A stretch of DNA of 64,000 nt from Antedon mediterranea (lineage: Eukaryota; Animalia; Echinodermata): contig NC_092673.1 of NCBI RefSeq assembly GCF_964355755.1, positions 15,472,948 to 15,536,947 of the forward strand. Direction: 5' to 3'. The notes beneath the pieces are model-generated. The model worked only from the letters and a program-made list of their open reading frames with translations. It was not told where the DNA came from and ran no database searches. Of this stretch, positions 50,201 to 58,885 are shown piece after piece (the first letter of the stretch is position 1; each line of letters starts with the position of its first letter). The position numbers and the translations under genes were made by a program.

Positions 50201-52427
50201 CTCGATTTCTGTTACAAATATTTGATTTATGTACATTTAACCAAATATTATATTTAAAATTCATGCCTGTACCTGAGCTTTAAGTGTACAGCCCATGTTA
50301 TTGGTAATAAAATAAATATATTATCAATGATTCTCAATAGATATAGAAACAATAAAGTTATGAAATCATAGCATACAAAAGATACTGCAAAAATATTAAA
50401 AGTATTGATACCAAAGACAATGAAACACATTATAGATTATATAATAAAGAGTTTGTTATTCTCGCTGATAGGAGTGTGATAAAGATCAAAGTATATTAAT
50501 CAGAACGTTGAGTAACTTCTTATATCAACATAATAATTATTTGAAATAGTAATAACAAATAGGGATTTAAAATGTTATTTTATTTTATTTTTTTTTAGGA
50601 CAAGATGTGGTCACATGTACATAACAAAAGGTTGAGTAACCTGTTGAAGGCTGAAGATGTTGCTGGAGATATCAAAGAAGAAGATGTGAGAACACTTTAA
50701 AAATAATCAATCATCTTATTACTCAAAACAATCATGTTATAATTATTATTGTTATTATTTCATTTTTATATAGTGCTTTTCCAAAAGAAAAATGATCAAA
50801 TCGCTTTACATACAAAAGATTCAACAATGAGTTATTTTCAATTTCCCAGATATCAAATTCAATCCACATCACCGGTCCAAACAAAAAAGAATTATTACTA
50901 GAGGTCCGCTTTTCAAGATAGTTATCTAATCTGGTGTGATCTATCCCAGACCTAATACCTTTCTTACCACATAAATAAACCCTTCAGAAATTCCTCAAGT
51001 AACAGGGTGCAGTATTATTTATAAAATATAATAATTGAAATTATTATTATACTGGCGAGCTCTCTCAAAAACTTTTCTCCTAGAGGTCCCAGTTATTAAA
51101 TATGACACCATGTACCATCAACATTATTATACTGGGTGAGCTCTCTCAAAGACTGTTCTCCTAGAGGTCCCAGTTATTAAATGTGACACCATGTACCATC
51201 AACATTATTATACTGGGTGAGCTCTCTCAAAGACTGTTCTCCCAGAGGTCCCAGTTATTAAATGTGACACCATGTACCATACATAGTTGATTGATATTCT
51301 ATCACACCCTTTTATGTTTGTTTTTAAAACTCTGTGACACTATTAAACTAGTTTGACAACAAAAGTGTGATGTACCCAAATATGGTAGTGATATGATGCA
51401 TATATGGGCACATCACATTTTTTTGTTGCATAAAGTTTGATAGTGCAGACAAAGCTCAAGAGTATTCTATTTGTTTGTACTAATTTGTTGTTAAACTTTT
51501 TGCAGCCAAAGAAATTGGTAGAAAGCATGACTTACTTCTTACAAGGACTTGGATTGAGTGAGTATTTTTCCTTTTTTCATATTAATTTACAATTTACTCC
51601 AACAATCATCTTTATATAATGTCATCCTTTCATTCTCATACATTTGACTTACATTCATTTAATTTAGTATCTCTTAATTTTTCTCAATCATGCCTATAAT
51701 TTCTCAAAAACTAACATTCAACATTTTTCTTTAAAGCTTTGTCTACACTATCAAACTAGTTTAACAAACAAAAAAGTGTGCCCAAATATGGTAGTCATAT
51801 GCCCAAATATGGTAGTGATATGCCCAAATATGGTAATGATATGACATGTTCATATATGGGCAGTCACATTTTTTTGTCACATAAAGTTTGATAGTGTAAA
51901 CAGAGCTTAAGAAACAATATAAATAATGTAATCCAATGCACTTTACACATCTGCTGCCTTATATAGTGTACAGTTCATAAAGATATATAATTAATATTAT
52001 CTATTTCTTTTCTTATCTTCTACATCTGGTTGGTATGTACTGAATGGTCATCATAACTAAACACTTACTTTTGTTAACATTGTTTTTTATGTATTCTTTA
52101 ACTATATACTTCAATTTATTTAACCTAATATAATTTTATTGATGTGATATTTTATTTTGTTGTCAAATTTGCAATATTAATTTATCTTGTATTCTGTTAT
52201 TTTATGTGTTGATATTATTGATATTCATATTTCACTACTAAAATGCACTTTATATTGTTATTTTATTAAATGTGGTATGTATAGTCTCTGGTATCTCTAT
52301 GACCCGACTCGGCCGCTCCGCCTCCCTGGGGGAGACCTCAAGAATGGCTAGCATAGAGACAATGGAGGATCAAGATAAACCTCGTCCTCATCTTGTGAGA
52401 GTTGGCTCACAAGGAGGACATGAGTAA
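29257..52427 (+). CDS. NDRG: NDRG-family (Ndr, alpha/beta-hydrolase fold) protein, isoform with proximal last exon, 13 coding exons
   Basis: GT-AG exons in phase: 29257-29292, 30152-30202, 34261-34318, 35513-35630, 37483-37545, 44444-44519, 46105-46191, 46643-46717, 47893-47993, 49311-49398, 50599-50685, 51506-51557, 52285-52427. Motifs TFHDIGLNH, HINAPGQ, YVYPTMQQLAD, IIGLGEGAGSNVLLRFA, HPER, NLHLFIDSF, PKKLVESMTYFLQGLG, SMTRL. GLGEGAG and MEDQDKP resemble the invertebrate ZK1073.1-like branch rather than one vertebrate paralog. Confidence 0.92.
30760..31337. mobile_element. Harbinger-like MITE with AATACGGTAT subterminal motifs
   Basis: Imperfect TIRs AGGGCGTGTTTCTGCCGC / GCAGCGGAAACAGGGCCT with TTA flanks. 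Confidence 0.6.
32103..33056. mobile_element. Non-autonomous AcademH-like DNA transposon with 9-bp target-site duplication
   Basis: AAGGTTCAC at both 32094-32102 and 33057-33065; termini TAGTCTGGGTTCCAGAC... and ...CAGACTTGGGGCAAGTCTA (TAG..CTA). Confidence 0.75.
35342..35478. mobile_element. Short Harbinger-like MITE, family E
   Basis: TIRs CTCTGTCTACACTATCAAACT / AGTTTGATAGTGTAGACAGAG; other copies at ~51328-51456, ~51735-51908 and a partial one at ~59857-59920. Confidence 0.75.
36523..36680. mobile_element. Small MITE with internal AACGCAAG/CTTGCGTT inverted motifs
   Basis: TGGTCCCCAA..AACGCAAGT...ACTTGCGTT..TTGGGAACC inverted symmetry. Confidence 0.55.
38636..38765. repeat. Minisatellite (CATGAACCAGCATGCAC-like, ~17-20 bp units)
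   Basis: Several degenerate direct copies visible. Confidence 0.8.
38925..39870. mobile_element. Probable non-autonomous DNA element with TTCGCAAA/TTTGCGAA subterminal motifs
   Basis: CpG-rich block in an AT-rich intron with TTGCGAAAA / TTCGCAAA clusters at both ends; exact termini not resolved. Confidence 0.45.
41935..42400. mobile_element. Crypton-like non-autonomous repeat, family D copy
   Basis: Reverse-complement similarity to 20625-21050. Confidence 0.6.
43264..44063 (-). mobile_element. PIF/Harbinger deletion derivative with a Myb/SANT (trihelix) gene remnant
   Basis: TTA|GGGCCTGTTTCTATTGA...TCAATAGAAACAGGCCC|TTA: perfect 17-bp TIR and TTA TSD. The minus-strand interior reads ..INMWGE..NNVSGNNDRNTC/FYEMDAILRDR, resembling the Harbinger DNA-binding protein. 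Confidence 0.8.
45530..45960 (-). mobile_element. L2/CR1-group LINE 3' fragment
   Basis: HITPVLRNLHWLPVTQRINFKIL..LRSS..YGFRSFS..FWNGLP C-terminal motifs and a (TAT)n tail. Confidence 0.8.
46347..46560 (-). mobile_element. Degenerate tRNA-derived SINE
   Basis: Minus strand starts GAGTGGCCAAGCGATTAAGAC (A-box-like), has internal GTCTTTTCGGATAAGAACTTTAAACC and ends AATAAAAAA. Confidence 0.5.
47202..47795. mobile_element. TTAA-flanked (Kolobok-like) MITE, family F, copy 1
   Basis: TTAA|AGGCCAGGTGCGGGCA...TGCCTGTACCTGAGCT|TTAA; nearly identical to 49679-50279. Confidence 0.85.
48425..48590. mobile_element. Tc1/mariner(pogo)-like MITE remnant
   Basis: Repeated GGGACAC(C)/GTGTCCC subterminal motifs. 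Confidence 0.45.
48828..49215. repeat. Minisatellite ATATTGCCATATTTAGTTACG (~21 bp) split by an unrelated ~160-bp insert
   Basis: Units at 48828-48915 and 49078-49215. Confidence 0.8.
49679..50279. mobile_element. TTAA-flanked MITE, family F, copy 2
   Basis: Same orientation as 47202-47795; differs by a few substitutions, small indels and poly-G length. Confidence 0.85.
51041..51280. repeat. ~81-bp tandem repeat x3
   Basis: ATTATTATACTGGGTGAGCTCTCTCAAAGACTGTTCTCCTAGAGGTCCCAGTTATTAAATGTGACACCATGTACCATCAAC repeated. Confidence 0.9.
51328..51908. mobile_element. Two family-E MITE copies (~51328-51456 and ~51735-51908) flanking NDRG exon 12
   Basis: ACACTATCAAACT..GCCCAAATATGGTAGTGATAT..AAAGTTTGATAGTG on each side of exon 51506-51557. 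Confidence 0.7.
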
Positions 52428-52759
52428 CCCAATAACCTTGTCATAAAAAATAAATCCCACTTACTGATGTACTTAATTATTTGGGGACAGTTTTTGTGGT
52501 TTAATTAGAAGTTTCTGTTCACGTAACATGAAATTGTACCTTTTAAGATTAGTACTAAAAGCCAAATAATATGATCTATAAGAGTGTGATAGAGCAGACC
52601 TTGATTGATAGATAAAAACGCATATTTTCATCTGAATTCTATAGCTTAACATTCATTTTATTTTGATCAGTGAGTAAAAACCAAAGAAAATATAGATTAT
52701 TTGTTTAAATAGTAATGGAAAAGATAGAGCTATACAGTGATACATGTGTTCACAACACA

Positions 52760-53510
52760 TACTTATTCCCAAATCCATGTTACCACATCCCTGTTAGGAC
52801 ATTAATATTCCCACATCTCTGTTTTCACATCCCCTATTCTTACATACCTGTTCACATTTATCTGTTCCCATTTCTTTATTCCCACATCTCTATTTCCACA
52901 TCTCTATTCCCATTTCTTTATTCCCACATCTCTATTTCCACATCTCTATTCCCATATCTCTATTCCCATTTCTCTCTTCCCACATCTCTCTTTCCACATT
53001 CCCCTATTCTTACATACCTGTTCAAATGTATCTGTTCCCATTTCTTTCTTCCCACATCTCTCTTACCACATCTCTGTTTCCACATTCCCCTATTCTTGCA
53101 TACCTATAATTCCCACATCTCGGTTTCCACATTCCCCTATTCTTGCATACCTGTAATTCCCATTTCTCTGTTTCCATTTCTTTGTTACCACTTCTCTAGT
53201 CTCACATATCTCTTCCCGCCTCTCTCTGCCTACATTTCTCTTCCCGCATCACTTTTCCCACATCTTTGTACCCATTTCTCTCTTCCAACATCTCTCTTCC
53301 CACTTGTCTCTTCCCACTTGTCTCTTCCAACATCTCTCTCTCTTCCCACTTGTCTCTTCCAACATTTCTCTTCCCACTTGTCTCTTCCCACTTGTCTCTT
53401 CCCACATCTCTCTTCCCACATTCCTTTATTCTCACATTCCTGTTCCTACAGTACATACCTCACATCTCTGTTCCCTTATCCACCCACCCCATTCAACTCC
53501 CCCATCTAAT
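52760..53510. repeat. Pyrimidine-rich degenerate tandem repeat (TTCCCACATCTCT / TTCCCACTTGTCTC)
   Basis: ~750 bp of strongly strand-asymmetric C/T-rich units between the two NDRG last exons. Confidence 0.9.
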
Positions 53511-54228
53511 TTGTGTGCATTGTTTGTGTGATTAACATTTATTATTGTTTATGTGTTACAGTTTAGTTTAATTTTGTATTTGATAATTTAGATTATGAAA
53601 AAGAAATAGAAATACTTAAAGATAACCATTAAAATATTCAATTTAAAAAAAATCAACACATCACATAAACAAAAGAAATATATTCAAAATAGTTAATGGA
53701 TTCACAAAAAAAAGGCAATTACTGTTTAAGTAAGAAGATTTGTTGTTATTTTGATTTAAGAATATAATGTAGACAAACTATTGATTTTCTGTTTATTTAT
53801 ATACTACTGTACTACCTTTGTCATTGATATTTAATGGTAAAAATTAGGTGTATTTGTTTGTTTATTTGAATTTGTTGTCAAAAGTTCTCACCAATTTGTT
53901 AATTATACTGCAATATTCCTTCATTTGCATATTTTAATTTGTATTTAATTGCATGAGTTGTGAAAATGTTTAACAACATTATTTTTAACTTGTTAATTGA
54001 GTGTTAATTCAGTTTAAACAGAAACACTCATTGCTTATTTCATCAAATTGAAAATTGCAAGCAATTATACGACTCAAAGTTGAAATAATGATAATAATAA
54101 TTAGAAGTAAAGGTTTTGAATCTTTACAAATCCATGCAGTTATTTGTACTTCCATACAATTCAATTCAATTTTCAGTTTCAAATTATGTAATTGATAAAT
54201 TTATTGTTTTTTCTTCATACACCTTTAG

Positions 54229-54338
54229 TCTCCTCCCTACCTCTAACACGCCTCGGCCATTCTGCATCCCTCGGTGAAACATCTAAAGAAAAACGTGGAC
54301 TGAGCATGTCCGACATGGACAAGCCAACCGAGCACTAG
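54229..54338 (+). CDS. NDRG: Alternative distal last coding exon of the NDRG gene (paralog of 52285-52427)
   Basis: Acceptor ..TTCTTCATACACCTTTAG, same phase 1 as the proximal exon. Encodes (I)SSLPLTRLGHSASLGETSKEKRGLSMSDMDKPTEH* versus proximal (I)SGISMTRLGRSASLGETSRMASIETMEDQDKPRPHLVRVGSQGGHE*. AATAAA at 54373. Confidence 0.85.
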
Positions 54339-55354
54339 AGCATGCAAATTGAAGAAAATACAAGATGTTTTGAATAAATCAGGAATGAAAGTATTTTGAT
54401 CTACTTGAATGTTATGAATACACATGTTCCTTGGCTTAGATCATGTTATACATAATGAGTGTTGAACATACATAATTTTCTAGTTAAACATTAATGCTAC
54501 ATTTGGTCAAATTAACAATGTATTAGCATTCATAATTTTTATGTTTGAATTAATGACATAAAACACATGAATGCAATTATGAATTTCATTTTATCATAAT
54601 ATGTACAGCACACACTATGAATGATGTTATCTGAGCCTATAAATGTGTTTAAAGTTAATTGTATCCCATATTGATGATGATTATATTGTTTGTTTGAACT
54701 GAAATTATTGAATATATAAAATATGTACAATTTTAGTGCTGTAATGGGTTAGGTATTGTTAACAGTAATGCACCAAATCATTATTTTCATTACAGTATTC
54801 AGTTTAGAAATATACCTTTGCAACAGTATTTTATATCAATACCAATAGTAATATTTTTGTTTTATCCATTGTCTTTCTAATGTCAATGAATCTTTTCAAA
54901 TCAAATTTGTATACAAGATAGATTTCAATTTGTATTCAGGCTATAATTTGTATTCAGGCTATAATTTGTATTCAGACTAAATTTCTGCAGGTAGGCAAGA
55001 CAGGGTCTAGTAGTGGTAAAGGCAGCATCTATCTCATTTAAGAACCAAAGAGAATATATTCAAATTCATAAGACATTTTTGTTGTTGCCTGGCAACATCT
55101 ACAGTAGTTTCTAATACAGTATTTAGTCGCTTTAAGTTGCTATAAAACTAAAACGAATTTACATTCACAAGAAACAAACAGATTATAAATCTTTTTTTTT
55201 TTTTTTTAAAGAATATTGATATTGGAGCTTTTTAAAAACCAATAGTTTTTATGTTTTTGGTTGCTGCTGGTGACAATGCCTACAATGTACTATGGGATAC
55301 TGCCCATTGAGATTAAGAATAAAATCACTTTACAAGGCTAATGATTATGGTCAT

Positions 55355-55592
55355 GTATTCATTTGTGTAGGTTCGAATCCAATGCTCGTCTGCATTGCTT
55401 GTATCCTTGGCCTCCTTTGCCTCTCTCCATCCAGGTATACAAATGGGCACCTGTTAAGGTCCAGACACAACTTTGCGCTGATTACTAGCTGCATTATGGG
55501 AGTATGTTTCCATTCGTATTTATCCAAAAATAACCAGAATAATATGTACAGCGCATTATTAGGCGGTTATAAATCCTGGATTTTATTATTAT
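55355..55592 (+). mobile_element. tRNA-type SINE (family C)
   Basis: B box GGTTCGAATCC at ~55370, core TGCCTCTCTCCATCCAGGTATACAAATGGGCACC, (TTA)n tail; matches 17480-17710. Confidence 0.7.
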
Positions 55593-56744
55593 GTCAATGG
55601 TATAATGGTGAGATGAGTAAGCCAATTACAGGAAGAAATTAAGTTTTTTGCTTTTGACACTTCAGACTAAAGTTGGGTCTCCTAATAATAATCAATAGAG
55701 TATAATTAATGACCGTCAACAATACTGGAGAGAGAGTGGAGAGCTCTGTATTAAATGCTGTAGGTCAAGGACAAAGTAATAATATGTGGATTCAATTTAA
55801 AAAAAACATTTATTTACATCAAAAAGACAAAAAAGTAACAAAAACATTAATGAAAAGAGATAATTTAGAAAATGAACGAAGGCAGGATCCCAAAAAGATG
55901 AGAATCTTGTGGTGGGATTGCCTTTACAAATGAATTAAAAATAAATATGAAAAAAAGGTAAAAAATTAATTAAAAATAAAGAAATAAAATGAAAATAAAT
56001 AATACCAGTACAGTAGATAAAGGTTGAAAAAATAAAGTAAAAATGATGAGCAGAAAAAAGTAAAGATGACAAAATGAATAAATTTTATCTTGCAAGTGGT
56101 GTTTTCCAAGGGTATAAAATGCCATAGAGTACACTACCTATTCCTTACTTATTGAATCAGAAGATTGATTTGATTTCAATTAAGTTATCTTTTAATACCA
56201 ACAAATTGCCATCAAGTATTAGTTACATATATATTTTATCATAATTTTATTAATCTCTGTTCAAATTAATTATGTAGCAACAGAACAACGTCTGCTTAAT
56301 GTGATTATCTGACTAAGTGTGCACCACCTATGGCTCTCCTCGCTCTTATTCCTTGATTAAAGTTTCCCTACTGAATATAATTGGTTCACACGTAACTGAA
56401 AACAAATTGAGATGTCATCAAATACGTTAATCTAGAAATAAAACTACAGAGTTTAGCAATGTCTAGAATTCTGGCAATAATCAACAGATCGGTGACGACT
56501 AAAACAACCGATCTCTTTTAGTCAAGGTTTGAAGTTCTCAACTTGTTTTTTACTTGTACAGTACTTTGAATACAGTGTATATACAGTGTTATATGAAACA
56601 CCATGTGTGCAATGATCTTTTTACCAATACTAAGTTGAAAGCCATCCAGTTATAGTACAGTGGATTTTTAATAATATATTCCCGATTTAATATTATTAAG
56701 AAGATGTGAATACTATTGGTCTCACTGATTCAGAAGACAGAGCC

Positions 56745-57632
56745 ATGGATGTAGTTGAAGCAATGATTATGACAGTTGGTTGTATCGGGTGCTTAACAAA
56801 TGGTTTTGCAATATATATTCTACTTAATCTCCAAAAAAAATTTACTGCAACAAACCTTCTAATTCTCAATCAGAGTGCAATTGATTTCTTAACATCTTTA
56901 TCAGCAATTGCTTTTAATTTGGAGAAAGGAGAGAATTTACCTAAACAATCAAATGTTCTAGCCGAGTTAGTCTGCAAGATCTGGTCAAGCGGCTATCTTT
57001 TCTGGGCATTTTTGCACTCATCGACATATAATCTTCTTGTACTGACCTTTGACCGTTACTTCGCTGTTATGTATCCATTAAAATACAATATATTCAAGGA
57101 AAAGATCAAATCAAAGGTGTTTCTTGTGTCAATACCGTGGATAACAGCTTTTGTAGTGCTTCTCTTGTGGTTATTGATACACAGAATTGACGAGCAAGCG
57201 TGCTATACAAATTGGCCTAGCTTGACATATCAGAAATTTTATGGTATTTTAATTTTCACTTCGATGTTAATTATACCTATCTCTGTTATTTTCTTTGTTT
57301 ACTTCAAGATTTTTCGCACTTTAAAAAATCGAGTGGGAGAGGACTCGTCCTTAGTTAGCGCAGCTGTTGTGTCCAGACGACTGAATATCATTAAAACAAT
57401 GGCAATAGTTTGTTTCACATACGTCGTCTGCTGGACACCTAACAGAGTGCTGGTCCTAATTTTTGTAATATCTGAAGGAAACGTAGAAGCCTTTGACTTT
57501 GAACTGATTTTTATTATTACAACAGGCCTGACGATGGTTAATAGTTGTATCAATCCAATAATATACACTTTCAAATATAACGACTTTAAGGAGTGCGTGC
57601 ACAAGAAATTCAAGAAATGTTTGTGCAAGTAG
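56745..57632 (+). CDS. Class A (rhodopsin-like) orphan GPCR, 7TM region in a single exon
   Basis: ORF 56706-57632, first ATG at 56745 in GCCATGG context. TM1 G..TN, TM2 NQSAIDF, TM3 C..TFDRYFAV, TM4 W, ECL2 Cys, TM5 IIP, TM6 CWTP, TM7 NPIIY and a Cys-containing basic tail. The ligand cannot be assigned. Confidence 0.92.
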   Translation: MDVVEAMIMTVGCIGCLTNGFAIYILLNLQKKFTATNLLILNQSAIDFLTSLSAIAFNLEKGENLPKQSNVLAELVCKIWSSGYLFWAFLHSSTYNLLVLTFDRYFAVMYPLKYNIFKEKIKSKVFLVSIPWITAFVVLLLWLLIHRIDEQACYTNWPSLTYQKFYGILIFTSMLIIPISVIFFVYFKIFRTLKNRVGEDSSLVSAAVVSRRLNIIKTMAIVCFTYVVCWTPNRVLVLIFVISEGNVEAFDFELIFIITTGLTMVNSCINPIIYTFKYNDFKECVHKKFKKCLCK

Positions 57633-58885
57633 TATCCTCATAATTGATAGGCTTATGTATTTTGAGAAATATTTAAAAGGATGTGGTGATAGCATTGACT
57701 GAGAAGGCATCTATGTATATATAATTATGTGGAATTTAGTAACGTCACTGTTCACATCTTAGAAGTAGACGCTTTCTGCACTCGTTTTTCTAAATCTCTC
57801 AGAGTCAGAATGTCGGAGATATTCTTCCTCGAACAAGTAGTTCCAAGACTCAAGGATGTGCGCTTGAAATAGCAAAAAACTATTCCAAAATATGTATTAA
57901 TATCGCTATATATATATATGGTTAACCTACTGAAACACAAGCCATGATAAATAACACTATATAGAACTTTTGATTTGGGGCAATCTACAAAGGAGATGGT
58001 AATGTACTTGTCAGTTGTATGACACACTATGTGGGAGAGGTGCACCAATGGTGCGTTATTTACAAATACTTTGACACAGGAGTGCGCCAAGAAACCTGAA
58101 TGGTACGTCACCTCAATGAACAATGGTGCGTCATTGTCAAACAATCACTTTACTAAAAAAGGAGTGTGTGCGTCATTAATTAAAAAATGGGTACGTCATT
58201 GTCACGTAAAGGTAAATTCACTTTTTTTTTATACAGGTGTGCGTCATGTATACCTAAGGTATTGAGGGTCGTATAGTGCGTCATACAATTGACAAGTGCA
58301 TAATTTAAACAAATACAGTATAGCTTGGTTAATTATTTATGTTTTTATTATTATAATCTAAAGTTCCATACTACAAAATCATCTTTTTATTAAGTTTTAT
58401 TTACATAAACTAAACTGGTACATACCAATCATTGCAATGTTTTTATATGTAGCAGGTCACTCACTTTCCTGGAACTCATGTGGTTGACCATACTTACTGT
58501 AACTAATGTAGACTATAGACCTTCAACTTCTAATTAATTGCCTCATTTTATAGAATTGGTATCACCCCCTCGACTGTTCCTTAAATAGTCATGTATATTC
58601 TGTATTACTGATTTTACATTCACAATCACGATAAAAATTTGGAAATAACTTGAACTGATAGATACAACTTAATCATTCTCTGTGTATATAGTGTAAATAA
58701 AGTACCGTTGAGAAATTAGTCTGTGTCTGTGTCGGTTATATAAATTGATCTCCCATAGTCAGTGACTATTTGTGTCTGACACAAACATAAGCAGAAGACT
58801 TTCAAGTTATTGTTAGTCTGAAGCAAATTCAATTTAAAAGACTTTGTCAGAGCAACACCAATTCTTCCAGTCACCAAACTTGATT

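Noticed and set aside
51041-51280. 81-bp repeats as duplicated exons
   Set aside because: No NDRG-like peptide, and the neighbouring exons already join in frame.
52715-53535. 264-aa ORF and overlapping ORFs rich in S/H/L/P/F
   Set aside because: Translations of a pyrimidine-rich satellite that lacks stops in several frames; no domain signal.
57752-58265. ORFs 57752-58144 (-) and 58029-58265 (+)
   Set aside because: No recognisable motifs or splice context; they overlap a motif-rich repeat.
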